From a candidate division WS1 bacterium (GTDB lineage: Bacteria; Armatimonadota; Zipacnadia; Zipacnadales; UBA5352), in the NCBI GenBank assembly GCA_003566775.1, contig PXBW01000306.1, positions 1,359 to 65,358 of the forward strand: 64,000 nt of DNA, read 5' to 3'. Position numbers and translations under genes: made by a program. The notes below the pieces were generated by a model. The model worked only from the letters and a program-made list of their open reading frames with translations, did no database searches and had not been told where the DNA came from. This document shows, piece by piece, positions 55,739 to 64,000 of the stretch (position 1 is its first letter; every line of letters starts with the position of its first letter).

Positions 55739-56531
55739 GGCTACCTACCATGAAGGATGGCGCCGGCGCTTTCTAAACGGCATCCTGGTCTTTGCAATTC
55801 TGATCATCGGCTCGTCCTGGGTCTTTACGTATCTGCAGCCCGGGGCTGAGTTGAAGATGTTGATTGACGTGGGCCTCGGATCGATCCGCTTCTTCGGTAT
55901 GCTAATAGCGGTATTCCTCGGTGTGAGGCTTATACCGGACGAGATCGAGAAACGAACGATATATACGCTGCTGTCAAAGCCGGTCAGTCGGGGGCAGTTC
56001 CTCGCGGGCAAGTTCTTCGGCGGTCTTGCGACCGTCATCAGCAACGTGGCGCTGATGGGTATTACCTTCTACGTGGTATTCGCCATAAAGGCGCCGCAGT
56101 TCGCCATTCCCACCGAGGAGGGAGCCCCCCAGTACTCAATGGAGTTCATGTACGCCAATGTGGCGAAAGCCATCCTCATGAGCTTCCTCGAACTGGCCGT
56201 CGTGATGGGCCTTGCAGTGGTGGCGTCGGTGGTCTTCTCGTGGATCCTGGCGGCGATATTCACTTTCTTCGTCTACTTCGTTGGTCAGATGAGCGAGTTC
56301 TTCGGGCATCTGGCCGATCCAGAGACCGGAGCATCACCCGCCGCCCGGGTGATTCTCGGGACGATCTACCGAATCATGCCCCACTTCGAGATCTTTGATG
56401 TGCGCGAGCCGATACTCACCGACGTTCCGATAGTATGGGGGTATATGGGACGCACCTTTGGGATGGCGCTCATATACATCGGTATAGTGCTCGCGCTGGG
56501 GTATCTGTTCTTCAACCGGCGCGAAGTATAA
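55713..56531 (+). CDS. ABC-2 family transporter permease
   Basis: Six TM segments immediately downstream of, and overlapping, the ABC ATPase gene. Confidence 0.6.
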   Translation: MRAVYRVAKATYHEGWRRRFLNGILVFAILIIGSSWVFTYLQPGAELKMLIDVGLGSIRFFGMLIAVFLGVRLIPDEIEKRTIYTLLSKPVSRGQFLAGKFFGGLATVISNVALMGITFYVVFAIKAPQFAIPTEEGAPQYSMEFMYANVAKAILMSFLELAVVMGLAVVASVVFSWILAAIFTFFVYFVGQMSEFFGHLADPETGASPAARVILGTIYRIMPHFEIFDVREPILTDVPIVWGYMGRTFGMALIYIGIVLALGYLFFNRREV

Positions 56532-56594
56532 CTCGGCGCGTGACCGGGCGGCGACATCCGTCCGGCCCACGCATCCGTTGATACGAGTGATATT

Positions 56595-57620
56595 ATGAGC
56601 CATACAACGAAGGTAGTCATAACATGGATCCTGCTAATAGGCATGGTCGCAGGCATGCAGCCGCTGTCCGAGACACTCAATACTGAGCGGCTGATACGTG
56701 GTTACGCCAGGCCGACGCAGGTCACCAAGATTCTGCAGTACGACGCTCCGGCGATGACGGGAGTGATTGTCGGCGCGATGCTCGGCGGCTTCCGTGAGGT
56801 CGCAGCATCGATGCTGTGGATGCGCACCCAGTCACTATGGTATGAGGGCCGCGGAACCTACTGGGACGCACTCTACCTCATGCGGATGACCACACTGCTT
56901 GATCCCCACTGGCTCGAGCCGTGGCGCATGACCGCATGGCACTGCGCATACAATCTGTACGTGGAGGCTGAGGGCGATCCCGAAGCTCAGGCCAGGATGC
57001 TCGAACTCGGCACGGACGTGCTCAGAGAGGGCATCTCCTGGAATCCGGACCGCTACGACCTTTACTTCGAGCTTGGCTGGACCTATTTCGACCGCATTCG
57101 CGACTATGATGAGGCGGCGAGATGGCTCGGAGCGGCCGTACAGTTCGAGCATCCCGAGTACATTGAGCGCCTGATCGCTCACGGCTACGAGCGTCTGCCA
57201 GATATTCCGAAGGCGCTGGAGTGGTACGACTACTGTCTGAAGCGCCGCCCCAGCGACGAAACGGCAAAAGGCGCAACCATCACTATCCGCGAGCGCTACC
57301 TGCCTGCATGGCGCATGATGGAAGAGGGACGGTATGACGAGGCGATCGCTCACCTCGACAGGTATCTGACCATCGAGCCAACCAGCACCATAGGGCTTCA
57401 TGTGAAAGCTCATATCTACGAAGAGGCAGGCGACCTCGTGCGGGCGCGCGAGCAGTGGCGTCTTGCCGCCGAGACGATGGCATTGAACCACCATGCCCGT
57501 TACAAGGTCGCAGAGCTTAGCTCGAAGCTCGGACTGCCGGTTCCGGAGCATCCGTCGTACATCTACGGTGAGCGAAGGCGACAGCGAATGGAGATCGAGC
57601 GACCGATCCCCGATTCGTGA
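56595..57620 (+). CDS. Membrane-anchored TPR-like repeat protein
   Basis: N-terminal TM (VVITWILLIGMVAGM), then helical repeats with TPR-like W/Y spacing. Same strand as and adjacent to the ABC genes. Confidence 0.4.
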   Translation: MSHTTKVVITWILLIGMVAGMQPLSETLNTERLIRGYARPTQVTKILQYDAPAMTGVIVGAMLGGFREVAASMLWMRTQSLWYEGRGTYWDALYLMRMTTLLDPHWLEPWRMTAWHCAYNLYVEAEGDPEAQARMLELGTDVLREGISWNPDRYDLYFELGWTYFDRIRDYDEAARWLGAAVQFEHPEYIERLIAHGYERLPDIPKALEWYDYCLKRRPSDETAKGATITIRERYLPAWRMMEEGRYDEAIAHLDRYLTIEPTSTIGLHVKAHIYEEAGDLVRAREQWRLAAETMALNHHARYKVAELSSKLGLPVPEHPSYIYGERRRQRMEIERPIPDS

Positions 57621-57693
57621 TCCCAGAGAAGAAGGAATCACACCTCCGCGAGGTCAAGAACCGAACCCACATCACATTCGCGGAGGTGTGTTC

Positions 57694-60255
57694 ATGTACC
57701 GAGAAACCATTGTTGCGCTTCTCGTAATCAGCGGCCTTCATCTCGCACTCTTCAGCGCGAAGGCTGAGCCTCTTGAGGCCATCTGGACCGAGCAACGTCG
57801 TGCCAGTATCGCCACGGGCGAGGCCGAATGGCTGGACGTTGACCGTGACTTCGCCCCCGACCGCGATGGTGTGGTGTACTTCAACCGCGGAAGTCTTCAT
57901 CACGCACGAATCGGCGCTACAATCGATGCTGACCTCTCACAGACCCCATGGCTGCAGATCATCGCTCACAGTTCCAGCGCCCAGTGGAGGCTGACTTCCC
58001 GCCTTAACGACGGCCCTGAACTGCTGGTGGCCGATCAGCAGCTTGCGGGCATCTGTCGGCGCAATCTTGCTGAGTTGCTCGGAACCACTGACTCCGGGGA
58101 ACTTCACCTTTATCTACACATCTGGGGCTGGGGCAGCGGGGCGGAGCATTACGTGCGCTTCACACCCTCGCTGCTGGCCGAGGGGGAGAAGAGCGATGCG
58201 CGCGAGATGCTCGGAGAGATGGCGGTGCTGCACGCGCGCAATGAGCGCTCGGCGCAGGACATTAGTCTGCGGGTGGAGAGCCATCCGCGCTTGCGCTTCA
58301 ACGAAGACAATCGCGATCACTGGCGTGACTTCGCCGCAGAGCATCCAAGGTACGCGCGCCCCTTCGTGGATATCCTGGCCGAACTCGATGAACGGAAGGC
58401 CGAGGCTCCCTACGTTCTCAGCGCCGAGACTTATCGGGAGAGACGTCCGGCATGGGGAGCGAATCTGCTGGCGATTCGCCCGCCGCAACCGCCGGAGAGG
58501 ATGCCTGGAGAGGGTGGTTACCCATTCCCGGGAATGAACCTGCAGACGATCTGGCGCCAGCTTTACTGGCACAACTTCTCCCACTGGCTGGTCGGCGACG
58601 CACTCTCGGATGATCCGGTGTTCCGCGAGCAGGCCCACCGCTGGGCGGTTACGCTTTCCGAGTGGTACTTCTGGCGCCATCCCGACTACGTGTACTTCGA
58701 CTTCTCCACCTCGTACCCACTGCAATGCCTCGCGTCGGCCTATGACATCGCGCGCACTGAGATGTCCCAGGATGAACGGGCGCTGGTTCGCGAGGCGATT
58801 GGAGCGCTTGCCCACGGTCTCTACCTGAATGCGCTCAGCGGCCATGGATCGATCTACAACGATCTGCGAGGCAATCACACAGCCGTCACCTTCTGTGGCC
58901 TCGGGATGGCAGGCGCGGTGCTGCTCGGCGAAGACGAACGCGCTCCCCTCTGGATCGCCCTCGCAGAGCGTTTCATGCTCGACGCATTCGAGGAGAACCA
59001 GAGCGGGGGGTGGCTCGAATCGCCGAGTTACGGCAGTTACGGCGTCAACGAGTGGTTCCGGCTCGCGGAAGTGCTCAATAATGTGACGGGGCGGAATCAC
59101 CTCGAACACCCCTTCCTTCACCGGTTCGCGGAATACCAGCTTCACGTTGCAGACTGGGAGGGCCGCGACCTTGGCTATAACCACGGCGGCGCGCGCTCGT
59201 ATTGGAATCAATGGGTGTATTTCGGCATAGCGCGCGAGTTTCAGGATCCGCGCTTCCAATGGCTCGCCAATCCGACCGAGGATGTGTCTCTCAACGGGGG
59301 CTACGGCGATCAGATCTGGTGGGTCGATCCAGATCTTGCTGCCGAGCGGCCGACGGAGACCAACACCGGACGCCATTTCGCGGACATCGGCCTGAGCGTA
59401 TGGCGCAGCGGGTGGTCTGATGATGCCACGATTCTGTTACATCAATGCGGGATGAAGGGCCAGCACAAGCAGGAGAACATGAACCACGTAACCCTCTACG
59501 CTCTCGGGGAGCGCATTCTCCCGGATGGCCTGGGAGGCAGTACAGAGGATCATAACGTCCCGATGATCGATGACCGCATTCAAAACAAATGGATGCCCGG
59601 CGCCACGCTCGCATATCACAGTGACCGCCGTTCGGGATACTCGCTCGGTGACACGCAGGCCGCCTATTCGGGTTCACGCCGACATGTGCTGTTCCTTCGA
59701 CCGGACGTGGTGGTACTGATAGACGAACTCAATCTTGGCGACCGGGAGGACCGAAATGTGCGCTTCCTTCTCCATCCGGCTGGCGAGACCACTGCCGAGG
59801 GTTCCCTGCTCAGCGTCGTATCTGAAGAGGTGAACCTTCAGGCGACTACCGTGCTACCGGACGGCACGGAACTTACGATGACCGCGGAGGAGCGTGAGGA
59901 CGAGGGGCCCGCGACTCACGATGCATGGGCGAGCTTCACCGGCAGCGGCGATCTGCGCGCGATCACCTTCCTGCTGATCTCCCCCACCGCCGACGTGCCC
60001 GCGCCGCAGATCGAGGCTGCGGATGGTCGCCTGACTGTCCGGCATCGGGGCCGGGAGATCGTGCTCGGTCTCAGCGACGGGGAGATCGCACCTGGCTTCT
60101 CCACGGACGCCGATCTCTGGCTGGCACGGATTGAGGACGGTGAGCCTCAGTCGATCCTTGTTCCCGGCGTCGAGCAGATGGGCGATGTTCGTTCGGAACT
60201 GACCACGCCAGCGGGCGTGATAAGTGGAAACCCGTCACTAAGTTGGGGACGCTGA
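57694..60255 (+). CDS. Secreted heparinase II/III-like family protein (second paralog-class member)
   Basis: Signal peptide MYRETIVALLVISGLHLALFSAKA with a GGAGG RBS. C-terminal heparinase-II/III-like region (GLSVWRSGWSDDATILLHQCGMKGQHKQENMNHVTLYALGE). Confidence 0.6.
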   Translation: MYRETIVALLVISGLHLALFSAKAEPLEAIWTEQRRASIATGEAEWLDVDRDFAPDRDGVVYFNRGSLHHARIGATIDADLSQTPWLQIIAHSSSAQWRLTSRLNDGPELLVADQQLAGICRRNLAELLGTTDSGELHLYLHIWGWGSGAEHYVRFTPSLLAEGEKSDAREMLGEMAVLHARNERSAQDISLRVESHPRLRFNEDNRDHWRDFAAEHPRYARPFVDILAELDERKAEAPYVLSAETYRERRPAWGANLLAIRPPQPPERMPGEGGYPFPGMNLQTIWRQLYWHNFSHWLVGDALSDDPVFREQAHRWAVTLSEWYFWRHPDYVYFDFSTSYPLQCLASAYDIARTEMSQDERALVREAIGALAHGLYLNALSGHGSIYNDLRGNHTAVTFCGLGMAGAVLLGEDERAPLWIALAERFMLDAFEENQSGGWLESPSYGSYGVNEWFRLAEVLNNVTGRNHLEHPFLHRFAEYQLHVADWEGRDLGYNHGGARSYWNQWVYFGIAREFQDPRFQWLANPTEDVSLNGGYGDQIWWVDPDLAAERPTETNTGRHFADIGLSVWRSGWSDDATILLHQCGMKGQHKQENMNHVTLYALGERILPDGLGGSTEDHNVPMIDDRIQNKWMPGATLAYHSDRRSGYSLGDTQAAYSGSRRHVLFLRPDVVVLIDELNLGDREDRNVRFLLHPAGETTAEGSLLSVVSEEVNLQATTVLPDGTELTMTAEEREDEGPATHDAWASFTGSGDLRAITFLLISPTADVPAPQIEAADGRLTVRHRGREIVLGLSDGEIAPGFSTDADLWLARIEDGEPQSILVPGVEQMGDVRSELTTPAGVISGNPSLSWGR

Positions 60256-60394
60256 GGGGGTTCGAACAGCCCTGCGGTGCGTCTCGCCTGGTGAGCGTGT
60301 CCCGGTAGATGGTGGCCCCCTCAACGACGCCACGATCTAAATCCTGCCTGTTGCCTATGTGCGATTATGGACGTGAGAACGCCGTTTCAGGCGA

Positions 60395-61681
60395 TCATAC
60401 CTCTCGGCGCCGCAAAACGACGATAACGGCGTCGTCGGCGAGGTCGCCACGACTGTGCTGCTCGATGGCGCGTGCTATCGCCGCCGCGATCTCGGAGGCA
60501 GAGCCGCCCCGCGTCTCTTCAAGTACCTTCAGCAGCCCCTCCTCGCCGAACATGACGCCCTCGGAGCCGCGCGCCTCATGCACACCGTCGGTGGCTATGA
60601 CCAGCACATCTCCAGACGCCATCTGGGTCGAAAGCTGAACGTACCCCGGCCTGAGTGTGACACCGACGAGCGGGGTATTGGTCTTCAGCCGTGTGATTGG
60701 CTCGGCCTGGTTTCTGTGGACAAGGAGCGGATAGGGATGGCCGCAGTTCGTGTAGGTGATCCGACCGTCGCACAGATGCAGCTCGGCGATGAAGGCCGAG
60801 GCGAAGCTTGAGGGTTGCATCGCGTCGTACACTCCGCGGTTGACGCGCTCGGCGATATCCCTCGGTGAAAGTCCCTCACGCCCGGCTGCATGTAGATGAG
60901 ATTGCATCATCGAGACGTGCATCATCCCGTGCACGCCTTTGCCCGCCACATCGGCCACCCACAGTAGCATTCTGTCGTCCTCGAGGCACATCGCGCCGTA
61001 GAGGTCGCCGCTGACAACACGAGCCACGGCAAGCCTTACCGCGAGTTCGTATCCTTCGATCTCAGGTAGCGTGTCGGGCAGCATCTGCCGCTGCATGCTG
61101 CGCGCGAGTTCAAGCTCGTGTCGAAGACGCAGTCCTCGCGCGCGCTCCCGCTCCCTCGCGCGAAGCACGTAGGACGCAACCAGCGCCAGTATCAGGAGAA
61201 CCGGGGCGCCATTATACCAGAGAAGCCAGAGGATCTCTGCAGAACCAAGTTGCCATCCTGCTACATGCTGCTCCGCAAATATATACGCACCCATGGAGAG
61301 CGCAGCGCTTATTACGGCCCCCCGGCGGCCAAACCACATTGCGGAGACGATGACAATGATGTAGTAAAGTTGAAAGAGGGCACGCGTTTCAGTTCCCCAC
61401 ACTACCACTGCCGTTGTGATCAGGTAGAGATCAACGAGCACCGCCAGCGGTCGCTGTAGAGGCAGCCAGCGATCCGCGAGTCGCGCCACGAAGAGCACAA
61501 GTGTGTAAGTCGCGGCGACAATCAGCGCGATCTGTAACTTCAGCGGCGTCTCGCGGAGAAGACCAAAGAACGGAAGCGTGGCAATACTAATGATGATGGC
61601 GCTTCGCACCAGCGCCACGAATATGTCCGACTCATCCGCGCGATCCCATGCTCCGCTGCGACTAAGGATATCGTCGGCCAA
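60395..61681 (-). CDS. PP2C/SpoIIE-type serine phosphatase with N-terminal multi-TM sensor region
   Basis: Five or six N-terminal TM helices. PPM block LAVARVVSGDLY...WVADVAGKGVHG...VLVIATDGVHEA. TTG start with a GGAGGT RBS 8 nt upstream. Confidence 0.75.
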   Translation of the reverse strand: MADDILSRSGAWDRADESDIFVALVRSAIIISIATLPFFGLLRETPLKLQIALIVAATYTLVLFVARLADRWLPLQRPLAVLVDLYLITTAVVVWGTETRALFQLYYIIVIVSAMWFGRRGAVISAALSMGAYIFAEQHVAGWQLGSAEILWLLWYNGAPVLLILALVASYVLRARERERARGLRLRHELELARSMQRQMLPDTLPEIEGYELAVRLAVARVVSGDLYGAMCLEDDRMLLWVADVAGKGVHGMMHVSMMQSHLHAAGREGLSPRDIAERVNRGVYDAMQPSSFASAFIAELHLCDGRITYTNCGHPYPLLVHRNQAEPITRLKTNTPLVGVTLRPGYVQLSTQMASGDVLVIATDGVHEARGSEGVMFGEEGLLKVLEETRGGSASEIAAAIARAIEQHSRGDLADDAVIVVLRRREV

Positions 61682-61870
61682 CTACTTTCACCTCCCTTCG
61701 ACACACGATCCTGGCTGCGGCCAATTCTCCATGCCCGGCTTCAAACGAGGTCTTCTACGTCTTTCCAGCGAATACCTGCCGTAAGAGCGGGTGCTCCAGA
61801 GCACGAAGTTGAGGCAATTCGAATGGAGGGCTACCCCCGCTGTTGTTTCTCCCGGAGGTACCGGCCAAAC

Positions 61871-62533
61871 ATGAACGGAAATTGCGAGGATAGTCAGGAC
61901 AGGTACGCTGCACTGCGTGAACGGATGGTGGAGGCGCAGCTCGAGGCGCGAGGCATCCGCGATCGGCGCGTGCTCGAAGCAATGCGTCGCGTGCCTCGCG
62001 AACGCTTCGTCCCGTCTAACGCTCGCCGGCAGGCTTACGCCGACCGTCCTCTTCCCATCGGTGGCGGACAGACTATCTCGCAGCCGTACATGGTGGCCGC
62101 GATGCTCGAGGCACTCGACTGCGCAGCCGAGCATAGGGCACTGGAAATCGGGGCGGGCTCGGGCTACCAGGCGGCGCTGTTAGGTGAGCTTTGCACCGAG
62201 GTCCGGGCGGTCGAGATAGTGGAGGACCTTGCGCACAGAGCCCGTGAGATACTAATGGATCTCGACTACGAAAACGTGCACATCGAGGTCGGAGATGGCA
62301 CACAGGGCCTCCCCGAGTATGCGCCTTACGACCGCATAATCGTCGCCGCCGCCGCACCCGAGGTGCCCGAACCGCTGATCGAGCAACTCGCAGATGGAGG
62401 ACGCGTGGTCATACCGGTGGGAGGACGTCTCAGCCAGCGCCTGACCATAATCGACCGCGAGGACGACGAGTTGAAGCGATCGGAGCAGATGCCCTGCATG
62501 TTCGTGCCGCTTGTCGGCAAACATGGCTGGTAA
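61871..62533 (+). CDS. pcm: Protein-L-isoaspartate O-methyltransferase
   Basis: VPRERFVP, TISQPYMVAAMLEAL and LEIGAGSGYQAALL are Pcm signature blocks. The ATG at 61871 gives the typical length (221 aa); the ORF extends to 61823. Confidence 0.8.
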   Translation: MNGNCEDSQDRYAALRERMVEAQLEARGIRDRRVLEAMRRVPRERFVPSNARRQAYADRPLPIGGGQTISQPYMVAAMLEALDCAAEHRALEIGAGSGYQAALLGELCTEVRAVEIVEDLAHRAREILMDLDYENVHIEVGDGTQGLPEYAPYDRIIVAAAAPEVPEPLIEQLADGGRVVIPVGGRLSQRLTIIDREDDELKRSEQMPCMFVPLVGKHGW

Positions 62534-62934
62534 CGCTGATCCGACCTCACTCTCCACTACTGTCCATTTGCGGCCACCCCGCGATGTCGGGGGTTGCCCG
62601 AGCACAATGCCCAATTCCGGGTGCGGCACGTTCGCCTCTGCGTAGTGATTGCTTCCCCGGTGCTCCGCGCATATTGCACCCCGCGCACAATTCTGACTTT
62701 GCAACTCCGGCCGTCCCATCGAGGGCGAGATAGGCTGGGCGTTACGGATCTACTGATGCCCACATCGTCACGTCGCTCCAACCCACATTCTCCTTGTATC
62801 CAATGATGATTTTCGAGAACATATCATTCGCAAGCTCCAATCCCGGTAGTTGCTTGAAACTTAACTTGTATTGGGCGATGCAATCCGATATGGTCCCTCC
62901 ATGGTAAATATACTGGTGTAAGGAGGCAAAAAAG

Positions 62935-63639
62935 ATGAGAAGTGATTACGGAGGTTTCACGCTCATTGAATTGCTGGTGGTCATCGCGATTATTGCGATC
63001 CTCGCAGCAATTCTATTTCCAGTCTTCGCGCGAGCAAGAGAGGCCGCGCGTACTACGAACTGTGCGAGTAACGTGAGACAGTTGATGCTGGGCGTACTAA
63101 TGTACGCGCAGGACTACAACGAGTTGTTACCTGACGAGCAGTATAACCTGGGCGGCGGCGGAAACGAGCCCCTTGTTGACGCGTCGTGGCGGGGGGCCAT
63201 ATTTCCCTACATCGCGAACGCCCAGCTCTTCATCTGCCCAAGTCACAGCCCGACCGGCGGTAATCATGGTATCTTCGACGGCAGGTACGCGGATCAGAAG
63301 ATGACGGCAAGTTACGCGATCAACGACTGGCATCAGGGAAGCTCAAGTGACTCGACGACCAACACGGGGAGGTCTCCCAAGGGACAGCCCCTCGCTCGTG
63401 TGTCGGACGCCTCGAGCGTCATCTTCATAGTTGAAAGTCACGGCCCACCCGATGACATCTGCCCTTCGACCCGCGAGTCGCACGGACTTCAATTCACGAG
63501 TTCCGCTGCCCGCGATGCGGCCAGGAGACACAATGATGGTGCCAACTACGCCTTCGTCGATGGGCATGTCCGGCGCCTGGTCCCAACCGAACTTTGTCCC
63601 GGGGGTGGCAGCAACGCTGATTGTCTGATGTGCATGTAG
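62935..63639 (+). CDS. Prepilin-type N-terminal cleavage/methylation domain protein, DUF1559 family
   Basis: [25 protein letters not shown] and C-terminal NYAFVDGHVRRL. Strong AAGGAGG RBS. AT-rich upstream region. Confidence 0.8.
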   Translation: MRSDYGGFTLIELLVVIAIIAILAAILFPVFARAREAARTTNCASNVRQLMLGVLMYAQDYNELLPDEQYNLGGGGNEPLVDASWRGAIFPYIANAQLFICPSHSPTGGNHGIFDGRYADQKMTASYAINDWHQGSSSDSTTNTGRSPKGQPLARVSDASSVIFIVESHGPPDDICPSTRESHGLQFTSSAARDAARRHNDGANYAFVDGHVRRLVPTELCPGGGSNADCLMCM

Positions 63640-63677
63640 ACTCGCGACGCAGCAGTCGGATGTCCATCCCTTACAGG

Positions 63678-63708
63678 GGCCGTGTGCCAACCGGCACGGC
63701 CTCTGCTC
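63678..63708 (+). terminator. Hairpin downstream of the DUF1559 gene (weak terminator candidate)
   Basis: GGCCGTG-tgccaaccgg-CACGGCC followed by ctctgctcc. Confidence 0.2.
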
Positions 63709-63887
63709 CATGTACGCGTAACCGTGCCGCACCTGAGCATATTTCCGATTCGGTATATCGAGACCGACACCGCGACACAAAGGTCGCAACCATCAGAGAA
63801 GAGCCCTCTTAGGCCCAATACTGTTCACTTAGAGTGATATGGTATACTTCCGACGTGGACTATTCTGTCGCCGGAGGTGGAGTGAAG

Positions 63888-64000
63888 ATGGCGCGGACGC
63901 CCGCCACGTTGGCGGAGGCAGTGCGCCTTACCGACCACATCAGCCTGGGAGTGATCGCGAAGACATTTCCTCGCGAGACGATCGACGAGGTGCTGGAAGA
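63888..64000 (+). mobile_element. 5' end of an IS4-family transposase gene (N-terminal Nterm_IS4-like region), truncated by the window end
   Basis: MARTPATLAEAVRLTDHISLGVIAKTFPRETIDEVLE matches the conserved IS4 transposase N-terminal motif (L.D.isiGvL.r.fP.elvdevl). GGAGGTGGAG RBS. IS boundaries cannot be seen. Confidence 0.4.

Noticed and set aside
56835-57641. 268-aa minus-strand ORF
   Set aside because: Antisense to the TPR membrane protein gene.
58114-59376. 420-aa minus-strand ORF
   Set aside because: Antisense to the heparinase-like gene 57694..60255, which has a signal peptide, an RBS and family motifs.
1-64000. CRISPR arrays, integrases and toxin-antitoxin pairs near the tRNA
   Set aside because: No short regularly spaced direct repeats were seen. 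No integrase or recombinase ORF was found adjacent to tRNA-Met. The only tandem repeats found are the 99-bp coding repeats of the ankyrin gene.

Overview
This is a high-GC (about 65%), gene-dense bacterial chromosomal segment of about 60 coding genes plus one tRNA. Three DUF1559-type prepilin-like proteins (N-terminal [25 protein letters not shown]), several very large secreted heparinase II/III-like or LamG proteins, and frequent ATGA or GTG overlaps suggest a Planctomycetota-like genome; this is inference only. Most genes are housekeeping or envelope functions: cell-wall amidase, Lgt, aspartate aminotransferase, isocitrate/isopropylmalate-family and malate dehydrogenases, catalase, peroxiredoxin and DsbA-like protein, Gfo/Idh/MocA oxidoreductases, an ABC-2 exporter, Pcm, a PP2C phosphatase, Nfu and a PfkB kinase. 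The stand-out locus lies immediately 3' of a tRNA-Met(CAT) and its rho-independent terminator. It is a roughly 1,320-aa cytoplasmic protein (37688..41653) with an N-terminal SIR2_2-like domain, a P-loop NTPase module of STAND/NACHT type (GGMGRGKT; LLIDQFEE), HEAT-like repeats and a C-terminal eight-bladed PQQ-type beta-propeller. It is translationally coupled (ATGA) to a TPR lipoprotein and then to aspC. This SIR2–NTPase–repeat-sensor layout resembles antiviral STAND (Avs/bNACHT-like) immune proteins, but the PQQ-propeller sensor and apparently degenerate SIR2 catalytic residues make it a candidate undescribed variant. Other notable features are a tandem PurS-like protein away from any pur genes, three ankyrin-repeat proteins (two sharing a near-identical lipoprotein N-terminus, one built of homogenised 99-bp repeats), an orphan RtcB, a small ferredoxin hidden inside a long spurious ORF, and the 5' end of an IS4-family transposase at the window edge. 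Many long ORFs in the six-frame track are antisense or frame-shadow artefacts of high GC and were rejected. No CRISPR array was seen.
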